Shown piece after piece: positions 39,535 to 51,569 of a stretch of 64,000 nt of DNA. Origin of the DNA: Paraphysomonas bandaiensis (Eukaryota; Protista; Chrysophyceae); NCBI GenBank assembly GCA_965644295.1, contig CBFFRP010000150.1, positions 310,001-374,000 on the forward strand, given 5' to 3'. Under the pieces are notes generated by a model. It was not told the DNA's origin. It saw only the letters and a program-made list of their open reading frames with translations, and did not search any database. The position numbers and the translations under genes are program-made. Each line of letters opens with the position of its first letter. The stretch's first letter is position 1.

Positions 39535-40746
39535 CTATTCCGAAGAAACGGATACAACATCTTCAACTTCCACAGCCGACGGTTGAGTTTTCTCAGCACA
39601 TTGAGATACTTTCTGCTTGGAACTACCAGAATCTTCAACCAGTTTCACAGTGCTCGTACGAACACGACTTACTTCAATCAATAGATCATCCTGGTCAATT
39701 CGTTCCTCCGGCTCAACATTTGATGTAATATCTTTGACCACTGACTCAACAGATACGCCTCCCAATCTTTCGGCCAATGCAGGTACGAGCATTGCACGAA
39801 ATACGCAGTAGCGAATACGTTTTCCTCCAATCACATATTTCGCAAATTTTCCCTCATTTGCGTATTGTACAGTCGTCAGTGTTTTATCGAACATATGCAA
39901 ACCATCATTGAAAATAAACGGCTTAACTTTAGGAACGTGTCGTTGAAACAGCATTGCATCGTGACAAATTTCACAGAACTCATATCGATTCAAGCTAGGT
40001 CCAGCTGTTGATAATTTGGTTCCATATTCCTTAAATATATCTCGAAGCTTATCTTCATTGGGGCCGTTAAAAGTCGCAGTCTCCAAATCAACATCGATAG
40101 TTAGTCCTACCGTATTTTCGATCATTTTTAATTCTTTCTTCTTTATGGAATTGTTTCTCGAATGTTTTGCTCTAAATAAGCTCTGTATTTTTAACACAGC
40201 CCTGAAAGCTACATGCACATCAGAAACAATACCAAGAAAGTTGGATACATTATCGGACTCGGGATCATTAGTGGCAGCTGACGTCAAACATTCAGAAATT
40301 TCAGAGGTGACTAGCCGATTAGATAAGCGAACTATAACCATTGATGTTTCCATTTTCACTTCCTCCGATATCTGAGGTAGCAATTCGAATCGCAACTTGT
40401 TATAACTTAGGGTTTTATTTCCAGCAGATGAACGAAAAAGTTGTAGTGCTTTCTGCTTAGGCAATTTTCGCTTCGATAACAACTTCCCCTCCCGGAAAAA
40501 CTTAATGAAGGACTCCTTATTCATTTCTCCATTTGGACAACACCTCAAAAACAACCCAAATGTCTCCATTTCAGAGTCATTGAACACAATGGACAGCAGT
40601 TTGGCTCTATCGATCATGCCATTTTTCTCTTTCATGGTATTGTATATAGCCATTCTATATTTCTCATGAAAGAATGGGGCAAATTCTTCTCTTGAAATGA
40701 ATTCTGGCAAAGCAGTAAACTTCTCCACAGAAACTCCACTTCCCAT
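39535..40746 (-). CDS. Putatively N-myristoylated p25alpha(TPPP)-like domain plus IQ protein
   Basis: The N-terminus is MGSGVS. CPNGEMNKESFIKFFREGKLL...ALQLF...LSY resembles p25alpha, followed by the IQ motif IQSLFRAKHSR. A second degenerate p25alpha-like unit follows (LNRYEFCEICHDAMLF...KRIRYCVF...LAERLG). Confidence 0.6.
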   Translation of the reverse strand: MGSGVSVEKFTALPEFISREEFAPFFHEKYRMAIYNTMKEKNGMIDRAKLLSIVFNDSEMETFGLFLRCCPNGEMNKESFIKFFREGKLLSKRKLPKQKALQLFRSSAGNKTLSYNKLRFELLPQISEEVKMETSMVIVRLSNRLVTSEISECLTSAATNDPESDNVSNFLGIVSDVHVAFRAVLKIQSLFRAKHSRNNSIKKKELKMIENTVGLTIDVDLETATFNGPNEDKLRDIFKEYGTKLSTAGPSLNRYEFCEICHDAMLFQRHVPKVKPFIFNDGLHMFDKTLTTVQYANEGKFAKYVIGGKRIRYCVFRAMLVPALAERLGGVSVESVVKDITSNVEPEERIDQDDLLIEVSRVRTSTVKLVEDSGSSKQKVSQCAEKTQPSAVEVEDVVSVSSE

Positions 40747-41914
40747 AATACTATCGATACAGCTTAATTGTATAGTACTTTGTAATGCATCTACTAATAT
40801 TTCGAGAGGTGGTCTCGTCAGATAGGTGTGAACTAGATGATAATATAGTGTGAACTATCAGATGAGTGGTGCAGTTAATTTTTTGCTTTAAGTGCGACCA
40901 ATTAACCGTCCATTTCTTGTCCACCAATATCACCAGCAGCAGATACTTCATATGATGTGCACAGTTCAGCAATGCGGCAGTGTATATCTCTACGTATGAT
41001 ATAATACTGCGTCATATACTGCCGTATATAGCTGTATATCTGTATACATATACAGGCTGCACCGTATGCTGCCTATGCATGAGCAGGTACAGCAGAGCAA
41101 GTAGATTGAGGGGTAGATATGAATGAGTATGTTAACCAGTGACGCCAACAACCTCATTCAGGTGCAGCACATCGGACATCTCTCTATGCTAGGGGGTACC
41201 TATTTTTCGCAGTGGGGCCTATTTCTATCAGCTCTCCGTACACATATACAGGAGTATGTACCTCATGTTGGAGGACGTGAGATGCATAGATGACTACGAT
41301 TATTCTGTGAGAAAGGAGTGTTCTTCTTCCCCCTAAATAGTAAAGAGGAGACTGCAGTTGCAGTAATGTAACTCAATGCTTATCTGTTACTTCACAGCAA
41401 CTCGTCTTTATCTAGAGCGAGCTCTGGGGATCTTCTATAATATTTCACAGATGATGTTATTAGACCATCCTCTATACGCTGCGATATTATAGAAGATCAT
41501 CGTGGTGATTAAGAGATATTAAGTACTAAGAGGTTTTATGAGACGACACCTTAAGAAGAAAGAATGAGTTTTCTATGCATTAACTAGTGTGCTGTGTGCT
41601 TATTTTCCCCAAGAAGTAGTTTTAAATTGTCAATAACCCATGTTAATGAATTTCTCAACTTAATATAAAATTTCTAATAATGATGACCTCGACCTATAGA
41701 ATCAACCGATTTCAGGTGTAAGACCAGTGTTCAGTTGGTCATCGAAAGCTAGTATTTATATTGATAGTGCGTATGCAATAAATATTCGTTTTTTTAGGCA
41801 GCAGATTCCACGAGGCTGGTGAGAGATGTCGATTTAGTATAATTTATTCATGAACAGCAGAGACCAATTGCATTCTTTTAATGAATCGTTTATTTATCTT
41901 AATATGTACAAAAT

Positions 41915-44401
41915 TTACACTACCAGTGCCACATTCGGTGGTTTACTATAGCGATAAAACGCACTACCTGGCTGAGTTCTATGGGCACTTATATCCCTCT
42001 TTAATATACGTACAGATTGAACGGCTTGCCAATATATGATTTCTAAGGCTTCGAAGTCTAAAAGCACACCACATTGTCGCAGTCCAAAGCACTTCAATGC
42101 ACTTCTACCGGTCAAACTCTCCCCTAAGCAGTCAGAATAGAACGCACAGTCTACGCTGCGGTCGATATTAGTTTGAGGTAGTGAGAAATAATTCACCCCT
42201 ATTGCTAATGCAGTGGCCTGATATGCAGCCTCATACCAAGGTGAAGTGAGAACTTCAATAACTACCGAATGTGGCATCAGGAACAACAAGTTAATTAACG
42301 CTCCGCCATGTGTTGCTATGAGTACATCCGTCGAACGCATCAGCTTCACCTGTTCCTTAAAGCTTAGGGTTTCTAAGCGGCGCCCCCCTTCCTTTCCTCC
42401 TCCCTCAGACATAAACCACTCTATATCCATTGTATTTGTTTCAAACAACATATCAATAACATCTTCTAGATTGTAGATCCACCGGTTCTCGGAACGACTG
42501 ATGATAGTCACACGAATAGGCGAATTCGGTGAACCCACTACATTCTCTACATGACTGCACTCTTTAGGGGTATTCAACATCGAACCAGACACAACATCAA
42601 CAAGACCATCCACCCAAGCATAGGAATAGCAACGAAGTGTTTCACCCTCTTGAGCAGATGATACGAATGGACTCGTTAGCTCTGTAGATCCAAGTATTAT
42701 AAGTTCATCAAAGCCCATAAACCTTCTTGTTGTTTTTACACCATGAAGCGGCGAGCCCGTAAAGTGAAAAGTACTTTTCCCACTCGGCTCCAATATGTCT
42801 TGTACATCTTCTTCTAAAACAACTAACGGAGCAACTCCAGTGTGAAATAATACAAGAGATCTTAACATGGCCACGAATTCCAGAGACCAAGGATAATCAC
42901 CTCGCCCTATTGTAGGAAGAATGACTCTACACGTACTTAAAACCCATGGATACAAGTCAGGGTGATGCAGAGCATGCACCACAGTCAGAAGGGTCTGAGC
43001 TAAGTGGATCGGAGAGCGCGCATAGGGAGGAGAGGCTGCTACAGACAAACCTGGAAACCACAAAACTTCCTCAGAAGAGTTCATACACCGGTTATTTGTT
43101 GAAATGTTATCACTGCTATACCAACTGCAATGATGATCATCATCGTCGCGACTGGATTCCAAAAATACCCATCCAGATGAGTCTTTATTCAGCGAGTAGA
43201 ACCCAGACGATGATTGATTGAGATATATTCGATCTGAGTTAGATATAACCGTGGTAACACTCGTATCAGTATCCCGGTGTGCATGGACAAGAATAGCGGT
43301 GCGGTTATACAAACATGCATTAGTAAATTCAGCGGTGTGAATCCCGTACCGAGAAAAAAAGGTTGCAGTTGATGGTGGTCGTCGCACTGGTGCTGCATTC
43401 CTCATAAATAAATCATTTCCAAATAAAATGCTTTCATTCGGTGGAACTGAATTTGGGCTAAGTGTACTACCGGCCCACAGCATAGACATATCAACAAGAA
43501 GAAGTGTGGTATAGAGCGATCCAACTCCGTAGTACGACGGATTCAGGTTCCAGAATCTTGCATTCTCCACAAGTTTCTTTGGAACGGAATTAATTACTTC
43601 ATTTTTATCCAGTTGATCCGACAATAATAAGAGTCTACCATTGGTAGTAGATAGCAATGCAAGCAATACATCTGCCATTACAGGAGTTGTGTATTCATGA
43701 AGCTGTGTGACATACACGGCAGCAAAATCTGATACGACAGGAATGCATGACGCATCTAAGTCGTGCAACACACAGCAATGGACGTAATTACCAGAGAGGG
43801 AATAACAATACGGAATTTCTTTTTCATGAATAAACATATGGGGACTGGCGGTCATTCCAATTGCAAGTTGCATATCGATATCAGTCATGAAGCCAATAAA
43901 CAATCCCGTTGGAGAATGCCAAAGGGCATCTTCAGAAGGTATAACAGTTTTGGAGAGTAAACTTGCACCTCTCGTTTGTGGAGCATGAACTACAAAATAA
44001 TATTGCATAAACGATGTCGCATTGCACTCGCGATGAGTAGATTCAAAGTCTGCTGATATATCAGTGATATCAGTGGAAGAACACAACACGATATTAACTC
44101 TAGTTGAGTAGTTTGCATGATTCAATCCGATCTTATAACTAAGAACAGTCCTATCAATCGCATTACAGGCACCTGATTGGTCATACACAAGACATATAGA
44201 TAACCCCTTCAGATAGTTGTAATCATAGGGGCGATCTAAGTCAATCACCACATCAAAGTGCAGTAAATAAGAGGCAATGGTGTTGTTAATATCAGGAATA
44301 AGGCGTAGATTAATATCAGTAGACTTATTAAGGGAACTGCTGATGTCTGAGTTAAGTAACAGGAAGAGAATGATAACCCACTGGGAGGGAACTGATACCA
44401 T
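41915..44401 (-). CDS. Secreted/type II glycosyltransferase family 61 (DUF563) protein
   Basis: Has an N-terminal hydrophobic peptide and the GT61 signature ISRSENRWIYN...LSFKEQVKLMRSTDVLIATHGGALINLLFLMPHSVVIEV. Confidence 0.85.
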   Translation of the reverse strand: MVSVPSQWVIILFLLLNSDISSSLNKSTDINLRLIPDINNTIASYLLHFDVVIDLDRPYDYNYLKGLSICLVYDQSGACNAIDRTVLSYKIGLNHANYSTRVNIVLCSSTDITDISADFESTHRECNATSFMQYYFVVHAPQTRGASLLSKTVIPSEDALWHSPTGLFIGFMTDIDMQLAIGMTASPHMFIHEKEIPYCYSLSGNYVHCCVLHDLDASCIPVVSDFAAVYVTQLHEYTTPVMADVLLALLSTTNGRLLLLSDQLDKNEVINSVPKKLVENARFWNLNPSYYGVGSLYTTLLLVDMSMLWAGSTLSPNSVPPNESILFGNDLFMRNAAPVRRPPSTATFFSRYGIHTAEFTNACLYNRTAILVHAHRDTDTSVTTVISNSDRIYLNQSSSGFYSLNKDSSGWVFLESSRDDDDHHCSWYSSDNISTNNRCMNSSEEVLWFPGLSVAASPPYARSPIHLAQTLLTVVHALHHPDLYPWVLSTCRVILPTIGRGDYPWSLEFVAMLRSLVLFHTGVAPLVVLEEDVQDILEPSGKSTFHFTGSPLHGVKTTRRFMGFDELIILGSTELTSPFVSSAQEGETLRCYSYAWVDGLVDVVSGSMLNTPKECSHVENVVGSPNSPIRVTIISRSENRWIYNLEDVIDMLFETNTMDIEWFMSEGGGKEGGRRLETLSFKEQVKLMRSTDVLIATHGGALINLLFLMPHSVVIEVLTSPWYEAAYQATALAIGVNYFSLPQTNIDRSVDCAFYSDCLGESLTGRSALKCFGLRQCGVLLDFEALEIIYWQAVQSVRILKRDISAHRTQPGSAFYRYSKPPNVALVV

Positions 44402-44487
44402 GCATATAACTCTCTGCAATCTGAACTTTTGAAGAGTACAGTGCAGAGAAGTGAGAAGTGATCACATCTCGACATTGTGATTGGCTG

Positions 44488-44521
<34 letters not shown>

Positions 44522-44866
44522 TGTATGTATGTATGTATGTATGTATGTATGTATGTATGTATGTATGTATGTATGTATGTATGTATGTATGTATGTATGT
44601 ATGTATGTATGTATGTATGTATGTATGTATGTATGTATGTATGTATGTATGTATGTATGTATGTATGTATGTATGTATGTATGTATGTATGTATGTATGT
44701 ATGTATGTATGTATGTATGTATGTATGTATGTATGTATGTATGTATGTATGTATGTATGTATGTATGTATGTATGTATGTATGTATGTATGTATGTATGT
44801 ATGTATGTATGTATGTATGTATGTATGTATGTATATGTATGTATGTATGTATGTATGTACGTATGA
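44488..44866. repeat. Long (TATG)n microsatellite between divergent GT61 and cyclase genes
   Basis: About 370 bp of nearly perfect TATG. Confidence 0.98.
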
Positions 44867-45010
44867 ATGTGTGCATAGGTACGGATATTTAAGATTGCTT
44901 GTAGGGTTGTGTCGTTGAGAGGTGTCGTCAGCATCTAGTAACACTATCCTTCCTACACTTCGACTTCTCTTTCACTTCACGATGATACATATACACTTTC
45001 CCCAATCAAC

Positions 45011-46856
45011 ATGCACTCATACTACTCCACCACACTCATCAATCACGTGCAGTCTGTAGGGGACAACGCCCTCTCAGTTCATCATATATCTCATACAGGT
45101 GTATGTATAATCATAGATATCAGCGGATACACATCATATGCATACAAACACAGTCATTCAACAGATTCTTTACATCATCTACATGATGTAGTCAATGAAT
45201 TCCTCTCAATGTCTGCTGATACAGTGTATCTGTACGGAGGAGATGGTAATACACTGCAGTCATGTATATATATATAGACTGTATATAATCATATGTATAT
45301 CTGCAGTGGTGTTCTATGCAGGCGATGCGGTTATCAGTATCTTTACAAATCATCCAAACAACAAACAGTGCACTCATATAGCCCGTGCATTACTCTGTGC
45401 AGTGCAGTTAAAGAGCATATGCTCTCATGGTCTAGTAGCTCATGTGGGTATAGGCTATGGATCATATACATTAACAACTCTAGGGGGACATAAACACCAC
45501 TGGACACAAGTTATAAGTGGAGAATGTGTAAATGTAGCGTGTAGGTGCTTGAGAGAAGCCAGTGGTGGTACTGCGGTTAGCATCAACAATCTTTTATCAT
45601 CATCTGATACATCAAACGATCCTCATAACTCCTTATTGAGTGCGTTTAACTGGAAGCGATTGACATCTGGGAGTTACGAACTACTCGGTGTAAAAGAGAA
45701 CCTGTGTGCAGAAGTAATGTACGACCTCATTGTTTCTCCACAATTTGATTCCCTGCCACACAGAAAATCGCATTTACCACGGCTAAGACAAGGTGATTCT
45801 GACCCACAGATTCTGAATCTATTGCAAAGCTTTATGCAACCTGGTATCGTGAATGCACTAGCTGAAGTCTCGATGGGCTCTGTAACTGTAAACAACAATG
45901 AGATATCATGTTGCGATGAGATGTTGACGTGTTGTTGTGGTTCGGGCGATATGGTATTTCCCATAGAAGTTACAGAATTAGATGATGAGAAATTTCAGAT
46001 ACCCGAACATTCATGCATAGCTCAGCACATGTCCAACTTATTTACGCGAGAAATACCAGGGGCTGTGTGTGATATATCGGCTCTATTCGTATGTATTGAG
46101 GATTATGATATTAATAACATTGAGATTATGTCCACCGGTGGACTAGAGCATCTACAACCCGTATATCTAGCTATGCAAGAGGCAGTCGAAGATTCGAATG
46201 GATTTTTGCGACAGTTTGTCGTTGACGACAAAGGGTGTGTTCTTGTTGCACTCTGGGGAACTGGGATGGGCTGGGAAGGGCACTCGATTGAAGTGCCCGA
46301 CCATGGTCATATAATTGCGGCTGTTCGATGCGCCTTCAGAATTTGTTCTGCAGCGAAACTTCTGCATCATAGCGTATCAGTAGCTGTATCGACAGGTTCT
46401 GCATACTGCGGTCGTGTTGGCTCCCCTTCTCGCCGCGAATACGGTGCAATTGGTGATGCCGTCAACAGGTGTGCTCGTATGGTACATACCTCATATACGC
46501 CGTCAGACTCTGTGGTTATTGATAGGCCAACTTATACAGGGCTATTACAATTACTAGATTTAAATTCATTAGATTTGAAGGACGAAGTGTTTCGAGTAGA
46601 TTCTCAGTTTTCGAATTATAATTCGATCGACGAAGTATATATACTGCACACTCCTGAATGTGGACCCTCGAAGTGTACTTCAATTATTGAAAGCTTATTT
46701 TCTACATTAGGGAAATCTATATATTCTACAGAAAACCTTCTTGATGCGCCTAACTGTAAGAATTGCGTGACCCCATTGTCGTTTCGTCGACCGAAAGAGC
46801 ATTCGTCTCGAACAACTGCATGGACGATGAGTGATGACGAAAGTGACAATCAATGA
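45011..46856 (+). CDS. Soluble adenylate cyclase (ADCY10-like), two class III cyclase domains
   Basis: C1 contains IIDISGYT and YGGD|VVFYAGDAV across intron 45246-45306. C2 contains RQFVVDDKGCVL and GSAYCGRVGSPSRREYGAIGDAVNRCARM. Confidence 0.88.
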
Positions 46857-47615
46857 GTACGATAAAACTTTTTTATTTCATAGCGAACTGAACATCGATG
46901 CATATGTTTATGCTCCGTATGATTTTATATTTATATTTTTACATTGATTTGTACTCTAATACTCGGATTTATATTTGCACCCATATTTAAAGCCGTGAAA
47001 ATGATGTGACGCTAATATACGTAACATCCAATGTATTATTTTCAGTATTCGCACATATTCGATATGAGTATATATGCAAAGGGCAGATAATCATTTTTAT
47101 CTTAAAGTATGTCTTAATAATTAAGGATGTATAAGAGAAATTGTGCTTGGTATCGAGTATGTGGTCAGCAGAGGCTTCCCTTTTCTACAACAGTAACCAA
47201 CAAATAATCAGGGCAGTATACCACAGCTATAAGCTTTGCTAGTAACTATTTCACATACTTTTAGCTTTTAACGTATGCTCCTGAGAACAGATGTTCACCA
47301 AAGTCAGTATCGTGCCTTTTCGTGGCTTTCTGGGAGATAAGTAACAGAGAGATTTCTTCGGGAAGCTAATGTGAACCCTAACCGTTCCGCAACTAATAAT
47401 CTAATAATAGCCAAAATGTTTGTGTGGTACAAGGGACACAGATAAGAAGTGTCACTTGTGTAGACATTACTTATAGGTTGTATCCGCTGTACTAGGCTGC
47501 GTGAAAACTAAATGCCAATTATTGAAATATAGCAATTGGGACAGCAAATAATAATGGTAATTATAATAAATCAAAAATTTCCTCTATTACTAGATATGAG
47601 ATATACTATTCAACC

Positions 47616-48423
47616 CAGGGCTAGGAAACAATATATTGCAATACTATTGTTTGAGAGCGCTCCATCAATACTATTGATGGAGATTTTAAACAGGCCCAAC
47701 AATACAATTACAATATATTGCAATTTATTGTCAATGTATTGCAATATATTAGTATGACTAATCAGTAAGTAAACATATCCGTAGACTCCACTTTTAGTGT
47801 TAGTCATTAAGATCACATGACAACGAAACCAACTACTGCTTATAGCTAATAAAAATCCGCCTCTTCCTCATCCTCTGAGCCATCATTGGTGAAGTCAACA
47901 TCACCATATTCATCCACAGTATTAATCGAAATATGCTAGTATCCGGCCACAACTGTCGAATAGCTTTCAGAAACAACAGCATATTAAGTAGGATGGATAC
48001 TATTGCGCAACACTGATATAATAATATTTTTAGCTGCGCTGAACAGACGTTCCCATGTATTGGAAGTACATACCAGGGCCTGGTAACCGTTAACGACTCG
48101 TGGACCTGTACGTTTCTAAATTTTTTGAGATGACTGAAGATTTTTATTTGCGTAGTCAACATTCAACATCAGCTTCATCATCCTCTGTAATGCTGTAATC
48201 AATTTCTCGGTTATTTATATCCATTTTGCACCCTACAGTTGAGAATCTTCTCTTATATGACTATCATAATATTGATTGCAATATATTGCAATATATTGTG
48301 AGCTACTTTAACAGAAACAATATTGATGGGATTTTTGGCCGGTCGACCAATCAATATATTTTACAATATATTGCAATATATTGTACAATGTATTGCAATT
48401 CAATATATTGTTTCCTAGCCCTG
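47616..48423 (-). mobile_element. Non-autonomous hAT element, 808 bp, with transposase C-terminal remnant
   Basis: TIR is CAGGGCTAGGAAACAATATATTG. The 8-bp TSD ATTCAACC is at 47608-47615 and 48424-48431. Subterminal CAATATATTG repeats are present, and the frameshifted minus-strand remnant reads TSNTWERLFSAAK...LFLKAIRQLW. Confidence 0.92.
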
Positions 48424-48718
48424 ATTCAACCTATTCAATTTGAGTTCGTATAGTAGTTTCTAGTTTAAGGTTCAAACACACTATAGGATATAGGAAGACT
48501 AATATATGTGTGAAACTGAGAAACAGCAAAATACGTGTTGCAGTTATAAGTGACAATTAAAGGCTACCCAGCCCTGATACTAGGAAGTAGGAATACACTT
48601 GAGAAGAAACGACTAGAGTTGTAGACATAGCGCATAACTTATAATATACAATTAACCTTTACTTTATGTACATTATAATAACCTCTATACAATTATCCTC
48701 AAATCAACACTGAGGATA

Positions 48719-49828
48719 TTATGTATCCATAGAACCTCCGGTATCACCAGATAAGGAGTGGGTCCAAAAATGTGGTGTGGTTATTACACCACTGCATGAT
48801 CCAATGCATTGCACAGTACATACATGCTGAACGCCTACGTGCTTCATCACAGCCACAAGCAGACACAACTTAGGAACGATTATTTTTGGTCCGTCTGAGT
48901 ACTGAAAGTTCACATATTTACACAACTCATCATCCGTGCTATTAGTACATGTCTTGAGAGCCAAGAGAGCTTCATCGTACGAAAACACAGTAATTTTGGA
49001 TGCACCCGGAAGAGAATCTTGCCGATACCGGCCTGGTGGAATACAGGCATCTTCTTGACGAAGTAATTCTAGCACGTTGCAGCATAATTTAAATATTGAA
49101 TTCTTTCCAGAAACCGCAACAATATGGTCTTTATCCTTCAACCAGGAAGGAACGGGAGCTAACTTTTGAACTAAAATATCTATCAGCGATTGACATTGCT
49201 CCATGGACACAGGATTTGGAGTTGGAGTTTCCTGTAAACTTTTATGAAGCACCTCACGCACAAGTAGTGCGGCAGAGACACTGCTTCCAAGCGATCCCAT
49301 ATAAGTGTCGAAAGTATGTGATGGCGAGTCCTGTAAGTTACGCCGAGTCGATATTTGAAAGCTGGCCCCACCACTGTCCCATACACACAAATCGCTTTCG
49401 TCATATCCTGAGACAACACTGGTATATCCAAGCTCTGCCTCCATATCTTGAGTCAATACTCGCACAGGAATATCAAGAGCACGTATTCTATTAAGATACG
49501 AGTCTCCATTTACGGCTTTTCGAAATACTTCAGTAGCAATACCAGAAAATTGCGTTGCGCCATGTCGTACAGCAATCTCTTTAAGTTCAAGTATAGTGTT
49601 TAAGCCTTTTAACTGCAGAGCTTCACTGAGACATCCATCACTTGATTTCAAATAATCGGCCCCAAAAGGAACTGGGCGTTCTTCACCAACAATCGTGTTG
49701 AGTATTTTACCCCTTCCATTCAATATATTAAATTCAAAATCTGAACACTGCATTTTTGTTGATCCGCTCCCGATATCGAAAGCTGCTCTTCGAACTACTT
49801 TATAAGAGCCGTTCAGCATATCGACCAT
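48719..49828 (-). CDS. Ppx/GppA phosphatase family (ASKHA fold) protein, intronless
   Basis: Motifs AAFDIGSGSTK, GIATEVFRKAVNG, LTQDMEAELGY and VWDSGGASFQI are present. Confidence 0.85.
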   Translation of the reverse strand: MVDMLNGSYKVVRRAAFDIGSGSTKMQCSDFEFNILNGRGKILNTIVGEERPVPFGADYLKSSDGCLSEALQLKGLNTILELKEIAVRHGATQFSGIATEVFRKAVNGDSYLNRIRALDIPVRVLTQDMEAELGYTSVVSGYDESDLCVWDSGGASFQISTRRNLQDSPSHTFDTYMGSLGSSVSAALLVREVLHKSLQETPTPNPVSMEQCQSLIDILVQKLAPVPSWLKDKDHIVAVSGKNSIFKLCCNVLELLRQEDACIPPGRYRQDSLPGASKITVFSYDEALLALKTCTNSTDDELCKYVNFQYSDGPKIIVPKLCLLVAVMKHVGVQHVCTVQCIGSCSGVITTPHFWTHSLSGDTGGSMDT

Positions 49829-51569
49829 TACAAATACACACTTCAGATAAGAATATTCTATATATGGTGCTCTATACTCGTTTATGTAATAGAAGTGTTT
49901 GGAATCTTTCGCTCAGTGTTATGTTCTTGCCACCTGCTGGCTGTTATATATATACATATACATACACATGCAAACTCTAACGGAAAATACATACATATAT
50001 ACATACATCTATATACTATGTATATGTATGCATAGGACGGTTAACAGTGGATCAATACTACAGCTGTATATACAGTACACTCGTACGATATTAAAACACA
50101 ATATTCAGAATATTTATATTTCATATGTAAAAACCACGGTATTTATATAAAAAAATATTTGGTGTATGAAAAACTATGGATTATAGCAATAAATAGGAGT
50201 GGGATTCTATAAATTGAAGGATTTCTGCAGCTAGAGATGATGGTGCAGGTGGCATATTGAGAGCCTCTCATTTCGCCAGTTCACCACAACATCATAGCTG
50301 GCACAGCAGATATATTCACTGCAATTAACACATGTATATATTGTGGTACATGATTTCGATGATGTCAGCGAGTATGCATTCATTCATCACAGAAGTATAT
50401 GCAATTTCATGAGGTCAATTGCTGTATATGAGGGTCGCCGCATGTTTACATGCATATCAGAGTAACAATCGGTAAGAATACAGTTATACAACTCGAAATT
50501 AAAATAGCATACATTCTGTTCAATATATGAGTAACAGTTACATGTAATGATGTCTTTTAGCCAAATCTGATGTCAAACTGAGACAGCTTATGCTGACACA
50601 GTGACAGTGATTGCTGAGGAGCCCTGAAAATGTAACTGTTATATGTATGCTTGTTATATCATGTTGTGTATGTTATGATTGTCTCTATGTGCCACAATGA
50701 TGACATCAAAAGGCCGAATTACATGTTGTTTGTGCATTTCGATGCCATCCGACGGTGCTTAAAACTTTCGAAAAGAGCAACTTAACTGATGTGGCACTGG
50801 CAGACAATATATATTGTTGTAATGTACTATGTATATATGCCTTATTGGGCGATGATGACTAATTATTGCTTGAAGTGATAACTGACTCGTTTGTCGTTAT
50901 ACTGGTGATGGCTTATACACTTGATCTGAGCCTTATATGTATTTTGTTGGACTCAATTTGTATACAGGTAACCACGGATCTTTTAGTCATCCCATCATTA
51001 AGTCTCATGGCGGTACCAAGTCGAAGTATTGATACGGGGTCTGTATTTCTACGTTTCTACTGCAATATTGTTAAGTTGAGGCAGTACTGAATAGGAGTAT
51101 CGATAAGAGATGAGGGGTTGGTATCCTATGTTTGGTCTTTTTTCGGTAAATGTGTCACAACTGAGTTGTGTACACCTCGTCAGAGAACAATTAGATGTTG
51201 TTAAGAGCAGTTAAGTCTTGTGAAATAGAAGAGAAGGTAGACTACAAACAGTAAACTGTATAAACGGCTAATAGTATTAGCTTAAATATCGTATCGGTCA
51301 AAAATAATGATGCACAAATGCACAGAAATGGATATTAGCGTTATATTTCTAGATAGAGTCATGTTTACATCAATAGGGTTATTAACAACACAATAGGCAT
51401 ATTGCTAAACCAGTTTAACATGTTTTAGCAGGTGTTAAATTCGTATAATATTTGTGTACTATTTCTTCACTACATGTGTTTCTGGTTTCTGTGTTACACA
51501 CAAACACTATGAACTACTACTCTATGGTCAATACCTGTATGACTAGTTTTCTGAAGCCGTGTATATCTA

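Noticed and set aside
44245-44944. Six overlapping ORFs with MYVC/HTYI repeats
   Set aside because: Microsatellite artefact.
45011-49828. Cyclase + Ppx/GppA as a nucleotide-signalling operon or defence system
   Set aside because: They are convergent eukaryotic genes separated by a hAT insertion, with no evidence of functional linkage.
50200-51500. Possible exons or pseudogene in the intergenic stretch
   Set aside because: No consistent frame or recognisable motif could be assembled.
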